64,000 bases of DNA, from contig NC_057730.1 of NCBI RefSeq assembly GCF_004010195.1, forward strand, positions 32,334,271 through 32,398,270, written 5' to 3'. This stretch comes from Chiloscyllium plagiosum (Eukaryota). A model generated the notes under the pieces. That model did not search any database and was not told the DNA's origin. It saw nothing but the letters and a program-made list of their open reading frames with translations. Positions 49,190-63,240 of this stretch are shown one piece after another; positions within the stretch are counted from its first letter, which is position 1; the number at the start of each line of letters is the position of its first letter. Made by a program: the position numbers and the translations under genes.

Positions 49190-49830
49190 GATCCTTTGGT
49201 CCATGCTGATGATATCCAACCTAATCTAGTCCCATTAGCCAGCACTTGGCCCATATTCCTCTAAATCCTTCCCATTCATATACCCATCCAGGTATCTCAA
49301 GTGTAATTTTACCATCTGCCTCTACTTTCTCTGACAGCGCAATCCATACACACACCATCCTCTTGGTGCAAAAAAGTGCACCTTTTAAATCTTTCCCCTG
49401 TCACCTTAAAACTATGCCCTCTAGTTTTGGACTCCCCCACCCTGGGAAAAAGACCTTATCTATTCACCCTATCTGTGCTCCTCATGATTTTATAAACCTC
49501 TAAGGTCACCTCAGTTTCTGACGCTCCAGGGAAAATAGCATCAGCTTATTCACCCTGTCTCTCTAGCTTAAACCCTTCAACCCTGGCACAAACCTTGTAA
49601 ATCTTTTCTGAACCCTTTTGAGTTTCAAAACCTCCTTCTTAAAGGAAGGAGACCAGAACTGCACACAATATTCCAAGTCGCTTAACCACTGTCCTGTACA
49701 GCTGTAATATGACCTCCCAACTCAATGCACTGACCAATACCAAACACCTTCACTATCCTGTCTACCTGGGACTCTACGTTCAAGGAACTATGAACATACA
49801 CTCCAAGGTCTCTTTATTCAGCAACACTTG
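49190..49830 (-). mobile_element. CR1 LINE 3' fragment
   Basis: Collinear with 12240-12900. Confidence 0.85.
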
Positions 49831-52800
49831 CAAAGATCTTATCATGATTTGCTATTGAATGTTGTATTTTGTAGCCATAGACATGCCAGATTTAGAGGAA
49901 TTCATAGTGTTCTGAGCAATTCACATGTTTTAAGGGCAGCAGCTGTTGAATGAAGTCTAAGGTTTGAATTTGAGAAACAGTAACCAATTTTGTCAGCTGT
50001 GTGAGGTTTCGTTAAGTTTGTTTTCTGTGAGTTGCTCAGTTTACTGGTGTAATTAAAAATGAACAATAGGTTTCTGACCTCTGGTTAAAGAAGAGAATGG
50101 GCAGAGATTGTGAAGAATACCAAAGAAAGTTGAGGTGACAGGTGTGTAATGACATACTTATGAGAACAACCATCAGAATAATCGGCTTGGATGATGAAAA
50201 AGTTGAAGTAGTCTGTCCAGTCTGTCTCATCCAGATCTAAGCTAATATGTCATCAGCAATGCCTCTTGCCACATTAGACAGAAAATAAACCCCTGTGAAA
50301 TACCAGGGAATTGCAGTAACTTGTATAAATAACAGCACTTATGCCACCCTTGCCTACTTCTGTAACTTGAGATCCTTAAAAATGAAACTTTTTTTGGAAG
50401 TTTTATGGTGAATCCAGACTTGCCTCATGTTCCATTCTGTTTGAGGTCATTGATTCAAAAGCATAACATCCTGGTTTCTGATCCAAATATTTTCAATACC
50501 CTCCAAGGCACATGGTTGTTCTCTAGTTAACAATAGAATTGAAGACCTGTATGGGTACTTGTAATAATTGGATTGTTATGAAAGCAAAAGTCACAAAAAA
50601 CTGGTTAATATAAAACGTCTGAAGAAGAGAACGATGTTTGGGTGGAGGGTGGTTTGAAGATTTTTTTTAATGTGTCCCAGTATTAATTTGTACAGAGTAG
50701 TCATTCCTTGTTTGAACAAAACTAGGTCTTGCTGGCATGCTTTAAGAAGAAACAGAAAGAACCACAAGGAGAATAGGTTAGAAATATTACTTCAAAAGTG
50801 AACTTGCATTATGGTGAGTTCTGCAGTGTGCCCATATTTGCTTCTTAGCTCAGTATGTTAAGTTGAAAAAGGTGATGGGTATAAAAACAAAAAGCTGTTA
50901 ACATTCAGCAGCCAAGGCAGCATCTAACGTTTCTTGTTGATGGCCTTTCAATGAAACAGATGTATATGGGATGAATTTCAAGCAGTTATGTTGAAGGGGA
51001 AAGCAGGAAGGAGAAGAACAAAAGAACAGGCAGATCTATAATTGACTGGCAGGAAGGAAAGACTGGATTTAAATGCATGGGAGGAGATCAGGGGAGTTTG
51101 TCCTTGTGCCAAGAAAAAAAGTAGTGACCAGATAAGGCAATACTGATAATAACATAATTAGGGTTGAAGGAGCAAGGAGAAAATTCAAAAGTAAGGAAAT
51201 TCTAGAGCTGGGACTCAGGCTTTGGTGGAGTAATTGAAGTCTGATTTGTAATTGCCTAGAATTGGAGCAGAGCTAAAATTTTGGTACATTGTAGGATGAG
51301 AAAGTGAGGCAGAGGTTTTAGTGAAAATTAACAAGGATGAGAATTTTAGAACTATTTAATCACTGCACTGTTTCAAATGTTACTGGTGATCTGTAGCTTT
51401 AGTTTAAACAGTTGGAATAGTTCTGTATAATAACTGATCTGGCATACAGATCTCCAGCAACATGTGACTGGAATGTCAACCAAAAAAATGAGCTGATGTC
51501 CTGAAGTAAAGCTTGGATCCACAGCCTTCTGATATGGGTGCTTCCACCTTTAAACAAAGTTAACCCTTTCATTCCTTGAATAAGTCACTTCAGATAAAAA
51601 AAAGTCACCTGAATCATTTATGAAGGTTTTGAGTTGTAGCAAAGTTTTGAATATAGGACAAAATTAAGCAGAATTTTCCTAATTACTTTTCAAATAATCA
51701 AAAGTTAATGTTCAACTATGAATAAAAATTGTATATTAATTTTTAAAATGAGAAAATTACATCTTCCCCAATCCCACAACTTGTTTTAAGGCGGTTCATT
51801 TATGAATTGTTTCTAGAACTAAATAAGTTTTTATTTTGTTTAAACAGGGAAGAAAGTCTGAATGTTTTCAACTTACGGAGAGCAACCGTTCTCTGCTATT
51901 TGGAAGTGATCAGTATTTTATCAATAAACGATGTCGTCTTGCATGTTGCTGCTGGATTAGATTCATGTGTAAGCATTGCATATAAGGAGGTAGACTATGT
52001 TTTAAAGCTGTGTGGAGCTAATTTAAGGAATGTGCACCATTGTCCAGTAGCTTATTCTGGCTACTTAGTGTGTGTATCTATAGGTTGTCCCCCTGCGCCA
52101 CCCCACCCCACAGAGCTGTCACAACTGAAGTTGGTCTTATCCTTGCCTAGAACATAAAGATGTTTTGTTGGGAAGCTATAACTGTCAAGTTATTGAATTG
52201 TTGGAAGGGATTCTTACTTTTTCGCTTTATAACACATTTTGAATACCTATTTAAGTTATAAGCCTCAAATCTATTCTGATGGCAGTGAATTGACAGACTG
52301 TGGGGTCTGTGATTGTTGTCGAGGCATGCACGTAGGTCAATAGAACATGAGAACTCTATCTTTTCATTGAATCATGTGTTGGGGTCTCTTAATACTTTGT
52401 ATGAAAGTTGGCACTGGTGATAATGCAAACCTAAGCAATTTATGTAGTCCAGAACTGATGCTTGGCAAAAAAAGGCCATATGAACAGCTGTAAACCCACA
52501 TCCTTCCTTGGATGTTGGTTTGACTGTTGAAGCTCCTATATTTTACAGCAAGTATATACCCTATGTTTATTTTAGAATGCTAATTGGATAAGGAATGTTT
52601 AGCACTTTAGAAGGGATGCTGTCCCTTTCTGTTGACATTGAGCTCTTTCAGTTTGGCGCTCTATAGCTAAACACCAAAAAACTGACATGGAAAATTTAGT
52701 TAGTAGGCTGTCTTATATTTTTGTTTGAACATCTTCTAATGCTTTAAATTAGAGGCTAAACATCCCTTTTCAAACAGTGCTTTCCAAATACTATCACAGG

Positions 52801-53591
52801 CCTTTACTGTACCAACTTAATTTTTTTTTGTAATTAATCTCTGCTAGAAATAACACTTTTAAAATGTTTCTGTAGTGATGTTTGTGAGCAGTTGAAGCAC
52901 GGCTAGAGAAGGATCTTTATAATATGTAAGCTGCATGGGGAAGTTCTGTACCTGATACTGGTAGAGGTGTACTCTGCTGGCTGCATGGGTGTTACAATTC
53001 TTTTTGTATTTGCAGATGTTTTGCTTTCGTTTGTTGTGTTTTTGATCTTTGGCTATTTTTGTAGGTAAGTGGCACAGCCTTGCCCTGGGCCTGCTATTAG
53101 TCTGCAAGCTGACCCGTATGAACCAATGATACGCAAACATTGACTTATTGATTTTATTTGACTGGAGGGGATAGTAATTGGGTTAAATGTTAGAAAAATT
53201 AATCTTCCATGGATTGACTGCTGTAAGATATCAGATCAAGATGTGGACTTAATGCAGGTACTGTCTTGGTCATTCTACCTTATTTTTGTTTAATTTAGTT
53301 GGTAATTTAACAGAGGTAATTTACGAATAGAAGAACCCTTCAGCAATGCATGTTTGATTGCTAGACAGTATTATGAAATGGCCAATTGTGGGAGAATATA
53401 GTTAATGTGAGTTCCATAAGCAATTTCCATTGTAATGTAGCAATTTTAAAGAGAAAGTTGACAAAAAACTAACAGGAATTCTGGTTCTGTGGATGTGAAA
53501 TTGACACAAGTTTTAATATTTTATAGATTAATTTGAATTCTGATATTCAGATAATTAATAACCTTCATTTTCTTTTCATGCTTAACTGTAG

Positions 53592-53879
53592 GGGCAGACA
53601 GTAGTGGAATGGAAACAGAGATTTGCAAAGACATCACCATTCAGAAAGAGAAACCAAGCTGTGGGACTGCTGGTGACGGAGATGCTCAAACCTTGCTGAC
53701 TGAGCAAATGGAGAATGAGAATGCACTTCCTCAAACTTCAGTTAGCAATGGTGGAGAGTCAAGTGCAGAAAAGGAAATGGTCGACCTGAAAATTATTTGG
53801 AACAAAAACAAATATGATTTGAGAGTTCCATTGGATAGTACAGGTGCAAGTTTGAAAGAAAAGATTCACGCACTCACAG
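53592..53879 (+). CDS. UBFD1: UBFD1 exon 2 (288 nt)
   Basis: ADSSGMETE...SVSNGGESSAEKEMVDLKIIWNKNKYDLRVPLDSTGASLKEKIHALT-G; start of the ubiquitin-like domain. Confidence 0.95.
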
Positions 53880-54932
53880 GTGTGTTTTACTGGAGCGGTT
53901 TGGTTCATATTAACTTTCCTGTCATGTTCTGCAGTTGAGGATCACAGATGACAGATGGTTGGACAATGCTAAACCTTGGTATACTGGGGAAAATGCTGGA
54001 GTGTCATTTTTGCCATTAATTGTCCTGAATTATATAGCATTTACAGTACAGAAAGGTGAATTCAGTTCAGTCTGTGGTGTTTATGCTTCACACAAGTATA
54101 TTTTCATCTCTCATTATCTCACTATCAGTATATCCTTTTATTCTTTTTCTCCCTTGTCTGTATAGCTTTCTCTTAAAGAATCCATGCAATTTTCATGTAT
54201 TGTGCAAATATGTACATGTAATTTGAGTTCCACTTTTTCATCCTCGTCTTGGTGAAGAAGGTTCTCCTGAATTGCTGTTTGGATTTGAAGACCTTGTATA
54301 TCTTGAATGGAGAGAACTCCTTTAAGTTACAGGAAGCAGGTTTTCTCTCTAGTCCTTGATACTTGTGTGGTCATTTCTCTCTCCCATTCAAAAAGGTACT
54401 GAGTTAATTGGATTTTCATTGTCGCAAACTGTAAATCAGAAGTTTGATTGCTACTATATAATGTTGTGCATTGTTAAATAGTTCATCAATGTATCTTGCC
54501 CTTGTTTTAACGTAATCCACCACCATGGAGAGATTTTTCTCAGTAATTTAGATATTTGGCACAAGAGTACAGTACAAAATACTGACTTGTGTATTAATTT
54601 GCTGTTTTCTCAGTCTTGTCAAGATCTTGAGTACCATTAAGGGAAACAGAAGTATTTATGCTGGTGCAATTGTTATTCTGACACTTGACTGTGCTCTACT
54701 GTCTCACATTTTGCTGTAATTACCCAAGAAATGTTGATGGAGCATTTTGTTGCATCTAAGTTGTGCTGTAGTTACCCTGGGAATATATGATTGTGCAGTG
54801 TAGAAAGAGCTTTAGTCTGTTTTCAGCCCATGCCTTAAAAATATTAAGTGCAGCCATAGAGGCAGCCTTAGGATATCATGCTGTACTGATACTGGCTGGT
54901 ACCTCTCACCATTGCCATGATGGCACCATGAC

Positions 54933-55270
54933 TGGCACGGTGGCTCAATGCATAGCACTTCTGCCTCACAGGGCCAGGGACCTGGGTTCAATTCTAGCCT
55001 CAGGCGACAGTCTGTGGAGTTTGCACATTCTCCCCATGTCTTCGTGAGTTTCCTCTGGGTGCCGCAGTTTCCTCCCACAATCCAAAGATGTGCAGGTTAG
55101 GTGAATTGGCCCTGCTAAATTGCTCATAGTGTTCAGGGAAGTGTAGGTTAGGTGCATTAGTCAGGGGTAAATGAGAGGAATGGGTTTGGGTGGGATACTC
55201 TTCGAAGGGTTGTTGTGGACTTGTTGGGCCAAATGGCCTATTTTCACACTGTAGGGATTCTATGATTCTT
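54933..55270 (+). mobile_element. HE1-type SINE
   Basis: GGCACGGTGGCTCAATG...GGTTCAATTC...TGTGGAGTTTGCACATTCTCCCC...GATTCTATGATTC. Confidence 0.88.
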
Positions 55271-55490
55271 TGATATGAGAGATGTATAATGTTGGAAACT
55301 TGGGAGGAAGAGACCAGGGATGAGTAATTATGTAGATAGCTCTGGGTGCAGGGGTTGGGGTGTAGATTTCATACCAGTTTTCTTATTTTCATTGATCCTG
55401 ACCTGATTCTCACTGGTCATAATAACGATGAGCATCTTATCCCAATTTTTCAAGGATTGGACTAAGATCAATACTCCTTTCTCTTTGCAG

Positions 55491-55699
55491 GTCTCACTCC
55501 TGCTATGCAGAAAGTTATGCACAAGGGTCTGCTCCAAGAAGATAAAACTTTACGTGAAATTAAAGTGACAAATGGTGCAAAAATAATGGTAATTGGATCA
55601 ACAATTAATGATGTTCTAGCGGTAAACACACCAAAGGAAGTGGTTCAACAAGAGGCCAAGGCTGAAGAGCCTAAAAAGGAACCCCTATGTAGGCAAAAG
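55491..55699 (+). CDS. UBFD1: UBFD1 exon 3 (209 nt)
   Basis: LTPAMQKVMHKGLLQEDKTLREIKVTNGAKIMVIGSTINDVLAVNTPKEVVQQEAKAEEPKKEPLCRQK; TTTGCAG / GTAAAG. Confidence 0.97.
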
Positions 55700-55772
55700 G
55701 TAAAGTGTTTTGTACAAAAAAAAACTACTGGATAACGTGAGAAGGAGGCTTTTTAGCTCCTTGAGGCTGTAG

Positions 55773-55810
55773 CAGATCATTGAGCCTGCAACAGATCATT
55801 GAGCCTGCAA
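55773..55810. repeat. Perfect 19-bp tandem duplication
   Basis: CAGATCATTGAGCCTGCAA x2. Confidence 0.9.
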
Positions 55811-57477
55811 CTGCAGTGGGGGCAAGCCACTCAGCCCCAGTGAGTCCACTGTCCGATCATAGCTGATCTGTAACTTTATTGTTTACTATCAATGCTCCAT
55901 CTTGACTCACCTATCCAACAAATTTTCATTTAGCTCACAGTATCTTAAGGGAGCAAGCGAAGCCTGATTATCTCCATGTTGTCCATGCTAGATTGCGTTT
56001 CTGACTTTATGAATTAGGAGCAGGAGAAAGCCATCAGGCACCTCTAAGCTCTGCTTTTCAGTAAGGTCACAGCTGATCTGATTGTGGCCTCACCACCACA
56101 CCCATTCCTTCCTTCTCCTCCCAACCCCGTGCCCCAAAAAAGTCATTTGTTATTCAAGAATCACATCCATCTCTGCCTTTAAGGGTATTCCATGCTCCTC
56201 CACATTTCACTCTGGGGAAACAGTTCTGAAGATACCTGACCCTCTGGAAGAAAATGTTACACTTAAATGGGAGGATTTTCTTATTTCTAAAATGTATACA
56301 TTGGTTTTAGTCTCTCCCACAAGGGAAATACATCCTTTTAAGTATCCACCCTGTAATGTTCTCTCAGTTTAATTCTTTTAAACTTAAATAGATACAAGCC
56401 CAGCCTTTCCTCGATTGCTGCAATTCAACTGCGATTTTTCTCACGCCGGCCATAAAATTCAAGTGTACGTTAAGTAAATCTCATCTGAATTGCTAATGCA
56501 TTTTAAATCTTTCCTTAAATAAGAAAACAATCCTTCTATAACTATAGCTAAACATCCCTCCTTTTATACTCTATTTGTCTTCTGACTCTCAGCAAGGGCA
56601 CTCTGCCTATATATGTATGATTCTGTAATTTCCAATTAAGTAAATGTGGACATACTCCCTTTTCCTCTCACTATATTCTTCTGCAAATGCTTGCTCACTC
56701 ACTCTTTATCTCCTTTCAGACTACTTCTGTTCTCTCAACTTTTTTTCCTACCTATCTTTGTATCATCAAATTTAGCAACCATACGTTTGGTACCTTCATC
56801 CAAGTAATTGAAAAAAGCTGTAAACAAATTGAACCTCAATCGGTGATCCTTGTGTACACCGCTTGTCATCTCCCAACCTCAATGGCCCATTTATGCATGC
56901 CCTCTGTTAACTAATCAATTACCTCTGCGTGATAAATACCACCCTCTACACATGAGCTCTTATTTGCATAGTAAATTTTGTGGCATCTTGTCAACTACTT
57001 TCTGGAAATCTAAATACATGTTCACAGGTTCTCCTTTATCCCAAGTTCCTCAAGAACTCTAAATTAGTCAAACATGACTTCTTTTCACACAACCATATTA
57101 ACTCTACCTGATTTGCATTAAGATTTATGTCTTGCTAGACTCTCTTGCAGTTTGTGTTGAGCTAGTGTCACTGTCTTCTCTAGTTTTGTGGATCAAGCTG
57201 CAGAAATAAAAGTGGATCTACTGAGACTCTAAGGATTCTTCACTATCAAACTCCTCAGACCTTTACAACCCTTGGTCATTTTATATGCAACTCCCTGTGG
57301 GATTCATGTGTAGGCTGCAATTGGAGGATAGCTCATTGCATTCCTTTGGGTTATATGCGTTTACAAGCCAGATATCTCTCCCTATCCTTTGCCAGACTGT
57401 AGTTCCTTCCGTTGGTATCTAATGAAGGCACAATTGACATCTGACTGGTCAATGGTTGAATGAGAGAAAATAGGAAC

Positions 57478-58452
57478 AGTCATAGATGTACAGCATGGAA
57501 ACTGACCCTTCGGTCCAACCCGTCCATGCTGACCCGATATCCCAACCCAATCTAGTCCCACCAGCCAGCACCCGTATCCTCCAAACCCTTTCTATTCATA
57601 TACCCATCCAAATGCCTCCTTAAATGTTGCAACTGTACCAGCCTCCACCACATCCTCTGGCAGCTCATTCCATACACGTACCACCCTCTGCGTGAAATAG
57701 TTGCCCCTTAGGTCTCTGATATCTTTCCCCTCTCACCCTAAACCTATGCCCTCTAGTTCTGGACTCCCTGACCCCAGGGAAAAGACTTTGTCTATTTTAT
57801 CCTATCCATACCCCTCATAACTTTGTAAACCTCTATAAGGTCACCACTCAGTCTCCGACGCTCCAGGGAAAACAGCCCCGGCCTGTTCAGCCTCTCCCCG
57901 AAGCTCAGATCCTCCAACCCTGGCAACATCCTTGTCAATCTCTTGTGAACCCTTTCAAGTTTCACAACATTTTTCCGATAGGAAGGAGACTAGAATTGCA
58001 CGCAATATTCCAACAGTGGCCTAACCAACGTCCTGTACAGCCGCAACATAACTTCCCAACTCCTGTACTCCATACTCCGACCAATAAAGGAAAGCATACC
58101 AAACGCCTTCTTCACTATCCTATCTACTGTGACTCCACTTTCAAGGAGCTATGAACCTGCACTCCAAGGTGTCTTTGTTCAGCAACGCTCCCTCGGACCA
58201 TGCCATTAAATGTATAAGTTCTGCTAAGATTTGCTTTCCCAAAATGCAGCACCCCGCATTTATCTGAATTAAACTCCATCTGCCACTTCTCCGCCCATTG
58301 GCCCATCTGGTCCAGACCCTGTTGTAATCTGAGGTAACCCTCTTCACTGTCCACTACACCTCCAATTTTGGTGTCATCTGCAAACTTACTAACTGTACCT
58401 CTTATGCTCGCATCCAAATCATTTATGTAAGTGTCAAAAAGTAGAGGGCCCA
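57478..58452 (-). mobile_element. CR1 LINE, 5'-truncated at the RT core
   Basis: LGPLLFDTYINDLD...[17 protein letters not shown]...WQMEFNSDKC. Confidence 0.93.
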
Positions 58453-60359
58453 GTCCTTCAAGTCTGCTATGCCATTCAATAATATCCTGGCTGATCATTC
58501 AACTGAATACCCTGTTCCCACTTTTTCCATATGTACTTTGATTACTTTAGCCCTAAGAACGATCTAACCCCTTTTTGAAGGCATTCATTGTTTTGGCCTC
58601 AATCAATTCTTTTTTTTCCCTGTGGCAAAGATTTTCACAACCTCACTACTCAAAGAAATTACCCCTCATCTCCGATCTAAATGGCCTACTCTGTGTCCTT
58701 AGATTGCGACCCCTAGTTCTCGGCATAAAGTAACTTTTCATAATTATAGAATGGTTACAGTGCAGGAGACCCATGTTAAAGTTCCAACTGCTCCAGAAGT
58801 GTGTAAAAACATTGCTGAACAAGTTGTCTAGAAAATATCTAGAATAGTTACAGCACAGAAGGGGCTATTGGGTCTTTTGTGTCTGTTTGGATAGTTTCAA
58901 AAACTATTCAGCTAGTCTCACTCACTCCATCCTGTTCCTGTAGTCCTACTTTTCAGATAATTGTCCATGTTTCCTTTTGAAGGTCTGCATTGAATTTGGC
59001 TCTGTTGCTTTCTCTGGCAGTGCATTTCAGGATTTAAATTTTTTAAAAATATTCTTTTCCCTCCTGCTGCCTTAGAGTATTTTGCCATTAATCTAAAATG
59101 TCTCTGTAGTTCTTGACCGTTCTCCCAATTGGAACCATTTCCTTTCTCTCTCCATTTGACCTGGATCTGATTACTTTTGAGCACCTCCATCAAATTTCCT
59201 CTCCACCTTCAATGATGAGAACAGCCCCAAGGTTACTAGTCTGTCCAGATATCTGGTTCCAAGGATTCTCAATCTTTTCTGCAAACTCTCCAATGTCTTC
59301 ACCCAGAAGTTCTGTTGAGGCCATACGTATGTTATATGCAGGTGGTTGATAACTTACTTTTGTACTCTGCCTCTAAATTAAGTTTTCTTTTAAACATTTG
59401 TTTCTTAATATGTCCAGCCAGCTTCAAAGATTCCTGTGCATACACTTCCATATTCTGTGCCTTTTTTAGAACTATATCCTTATGTTTGGTTGGAAGAACA
59501 GGATAGGTATCACTTTACAACTCTTTGTATTGAATTTCATCTGCCATGTATCTCCTATCACCATCCTCCTGTCAGTTCATTATACTCGTAGCTTTTACCA
59601 TCTGCAAATTTAGAAATTGTACTTCATCACCTTCCTCTGCATGGGTGGGGGTATGATTTAGAGAAAGGAACTCACTACACAGTCCAATGTCGTTAAATTT
59701 AAGCACTGTTGTAAAATAATGCCCATCCTTGGTGTACGCTGTTTGCTTAAAAAAAAATGGTGCTGCTTGTTTGCTTCCAGCAAAAATGTTTTTGCACCAG
59801 TGGAAAGAAGGCTCCCAAGAGACATTTCTTATTGAAGGTTCTCATTCTAAGGGGCATGGATAAACTAGAACTTAAATAAGGCGCACGCTGTCTGACTGTG
59901 GTACATACTTCAGCTCAGGGAGGTAGATACCTGGAATAGATTGCCTAAAGGAAGTAATTTGGGTTTGGAGGGATATGGGCCAGGTGCTGGCAGGTGGGAC
60001 TAGATTGGGTTGGGATATCTGGCCGGCATGGACGGGTTGGACCAAAGGGTATGTTTCCATGCTGAACATCTCTATGACTCTAGTCTTGGAGAGAACTTGG
60101 TGAAGTTGGGTAGCTTGTTTTTAATATTGTTCTGAGGCAGTTTAAGATGCAATTTATTGAATTTTGGGACTGTTAAGATGTACCTTTACGTATGTTCCTG
60201 CAGTTCACAGGAAGGGGTTCAGTAAAATACAACTGAGTGCTCTTTTCCATCACACTATCATTGGGGGAAATACTTTCAGACTGGCGTTTCAAGTGAGTTT
60301 ACTTAGCTGTGTCTTTGACATCTTATGATTTCATTGGCTGTTATTTTTTTTCCTTCTAG

Positions 60360-60425
60360 CAACACAGGAAAGTGTTAGACAAAGGAAAACCGGAAGATGT
60401 CATGCCATCCATTAAAGGTGTTAAG
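60360..60425 (+). CDS. UBFD1: UBFD1 exon 4 (66 nt)
   Basis: QHRKVLDKGKPEDVMPSIKGVK; TTCTAG / GTAAGT. Confidence 0.96.
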
Positions 60426-60929
60426 GTAAGTTGCTGCATTTGGTGTTTGTGCTTTATGAAAGATCCTTGGTGTTTCTACCTGTTGCCTATGATCGATAAG
60501 GATCTGCCTTATTTCTGAATTGAAAATTATGGGTTCAAAATCTACTGAAGATACTTGAGTGCAAGTATCCATGCTGACTCTCAGTACTGAGGGAGTCTTG
60601 CCATCTTTCAGCTATAGATCTCTCCACTGGTTGTGAAAAATCTCCTGAGAGATTTTTCCTGGCCATAATAGGAAGGGGAGCTCCTGCTGCTAATTTGTAA
60701 AATGTCTTTTGAAAATCCAGGTATATCAGATAGCTTGAGGAAGGTTGCAAACCAAAGAAAATCACTGACTGAGAAATCTGCCCATCACTGATCTTTTACT
60801 CATGAGAATTTTCAGACTGTATGCAGAGCTAAGCCCCATTTAGAGTACCTCATCAAAAATTGCAGAGACAAATGTAGGGTAAAGCTTTTTTTGACACTGA
60901 CAACTCTAGGACATCTCTGCAGCAGTAAC

Positions 60930-61870
60930 TGAGTAGTGTCCTTGGTTTAACCATCTTTAACTACTTCATCAATGACATTCCCTCCATCATAACATCATCA
61001 CCATTCACAAATCCTCACACAGAAGCAGTCCATACCAAAATGCAAAAAGATCTAGACAGTATCCAAACTTGAACTCTCAAATGAAAAGTAACATTTGTGC
61101 AGAACAAATAACAGGCAGTGATTATTTTCAACAAGAGAATTTTAACTCTTGCACCTTGACATTCAGTAGTATGTCACTGAATCCCCTGGAGGTTACTATT
61201 GACCTGAAATTCAACTGGACTAACCACGTAAGTATGATGGCTACAAGAACATGTCTGAGGCAATGAAAACAAAGAGCTGCAGATGCTGTATATCAGAAAC
61301 AAATAGAAGTTGCTGGAAAAGCTCAGCAGGTCTGGCAGCATCAGAACTGCTGAGCTTTTCTAGCAACCTCTTTCTTTTGAGGCAATGATTATAAGTAACT
61401 TAGCTCATGATTTGCCAAAGCCTGTCCACAAGGCACACGTCAGGAGAATGATGGAATGCTTCCCACTTCCCTGGTTGAGTACAGCTCTAACAACAATCAA
61501 GCTTGACATCAGAATAAACCATAACTGCAAATGTACAGACCCTCTATCACTGCTACTCAGCAGCAGAATGTACCATCTACAAGATGTGCTGCAGAATTTC
61601 ACCAAGATTCCATTTGCTTCCAAACAAATGACCATTGCCAACTAGAATTGCAGGATGGCAGATACATGAGAACATCACCTGCAAGTTCCCTTCCAAGTTA
61701 CTGAATGTCCAGGCTTGCAACTATATCACTCTTCCTTCTGTGTCACTGAGTCAAATTGTAGAATTCCCTCCCTTTAATATCTGTGTAAGTGTACCTATAC
61801 CAAATGGACTGTAGTGGTTCAAAAGGCAGCTCTCAACCATCAATTAGATATGGGCAGTAAATACATTGAA
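60930..61870 (+). mobile_element. Old LINE RT and 3' UTR containing a nested fold-back insertion
   Basis: HKAHVRRMMECFPLPW motif; same family as 23640-24640. Confidence 0.65.
61267..61377. mobile_element. Fold-back Penelope-derived mini-insertion with 11-bp TSD
   Basis: GTTGCTGGAAAAGCTCAGCAG / CTGCTGAGCTTTTCTAGCAAC inverted arms; TGAGGCAATGA at 61256-61266 and 61378-61388. Confidence 0.8.
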
Positions 61871-62176
61871 TTTTAAAAAAAATTCCATGAAGCAGTCCAA
61901 GATTGGCTTTTGAATAAAGGTCCTTGTATGCTTTGGTCTACTATACCCCCCACCCTGAACCCAAGTAGGCTGTATTGGTGTGATTGTCTACAAAGACAGT
62001 TTAATTTGTTGTATTTAAGTTTGTAATTTCCATTTTGCAATTTGGCTCCCCTAATGGTTGAGATTTGTAATTCTTGGAAGTGCTCACTCTAATGTGTTGA
62101 ATGGGGGTAGTCTGATAAGCCACTTTATCCTTCAAAGGGCTGTGATACTAACTGGTTCACCCTGAACATTCTGCAG

Positions 62177-62282
62177 GAGCGTTTACCGAGTGTACCGTTA
62201 TCGGGCATGTACAACAAGTCAAGTGGAAAAGTAAGGTTAACCTTCAAACTGGAGCAGGACCAGCTCTGGATTGGAACCAAGG
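62177..62282 (+). CDS. UBFD1: UBFD1 exon 5 (106 nt)
   Basis: ERLPSVPLSGMYNKSSGKVRLTFKLEQDQLWIGTK; CTGCAG / GTGAGT. Confidence 0.97.
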
Positions 62283-62332
62283 GTGAGTGTTACAGTACAT
62301 ATGTTGCTTTGATTTGCTAGGTATAATCAGTA

Positions 62333-63240
62333 GGTTTGCAGATGACATCAAAATTGGAAGTGTGGTAGACAACAAAGAAGGTTACCTCAATGCAATGGGA
62401 TCTTGATCAGATGGGCCAATGGGCTGAGGAGTGGCAGATGGAGTTTAATTTAGATAAATGAGAGATGCTGCATTTTGGAAAGGCAAATCAGAGCAGGACG
62501 TGTACACTTAATGGTAAGGTCCTAGGGAGTGTTGCTGAACAAAGAGACCTTGGAGTGCAGGTTCATAGCTCCTTGAAAGTGGAGTCACAAGTAGATAGGA
62601 TAGTGAAGAAAGCTGTTGGTATGCCTTCCTTTATTGGTCAGAATGCTGAGTAGATGAGTTGAGAGGTCATATTGTGGCTAAACATGACATTGGTTAGGCC
62701 ACTTTTGGAATATTGGGTGCAATTCTGGTCTCCTTACTATAGCAAGGATGTTGTGAAACATGAAAGGGTTCAGAAAAAATTTACAAGATTTACAAAGTAG
62801 GAGGATTTGAGCTACAGGGATATGCTGGGGCTGTTTTCCCTGAAGTGTGAGGCTGAGGGGTGATCTTATAGAGGTTTATAAAATTATGAGGAGCATGGAT
62901 GGGGTAAATAGACAAAGTATTATCCCTGTGGGCGGGGAGTGCAGAACCAAAGGGCATCGGTTTAGGGTGAGAGGGGAAAGATATAAAAGGGACCTATGGG
63001 GCAACTTTTTCATGCAGTGGAATGTGTGTGTATGGAATGAGCTGCCAGAGGAAGCGGTGGAGATTGGTTCAATTGCAACATTTAAAAGGCATCTGAATGG
63101 GTATATGAATAGGAAGCGTTCAGAGGGATATGGGCCAAATGCTGGGAAGCAGGACTAGATTAATTTAGGATATCTGGTTGGCATAGACGAGTTGGACCAA
63201 AGCGTCTGTTTCTGTGTTGTACATATCTAACTCTGACTCA
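62333..63240 (+). mobile_element. CR1 LINE, 5'-truncated, ~50 nt downstream of UBFD1 exon 5
   Basis: FADDIKI...LHFGKANQSRT...RLRGDLIEVYKIM...WNELPEE. Confidence 0.93.
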
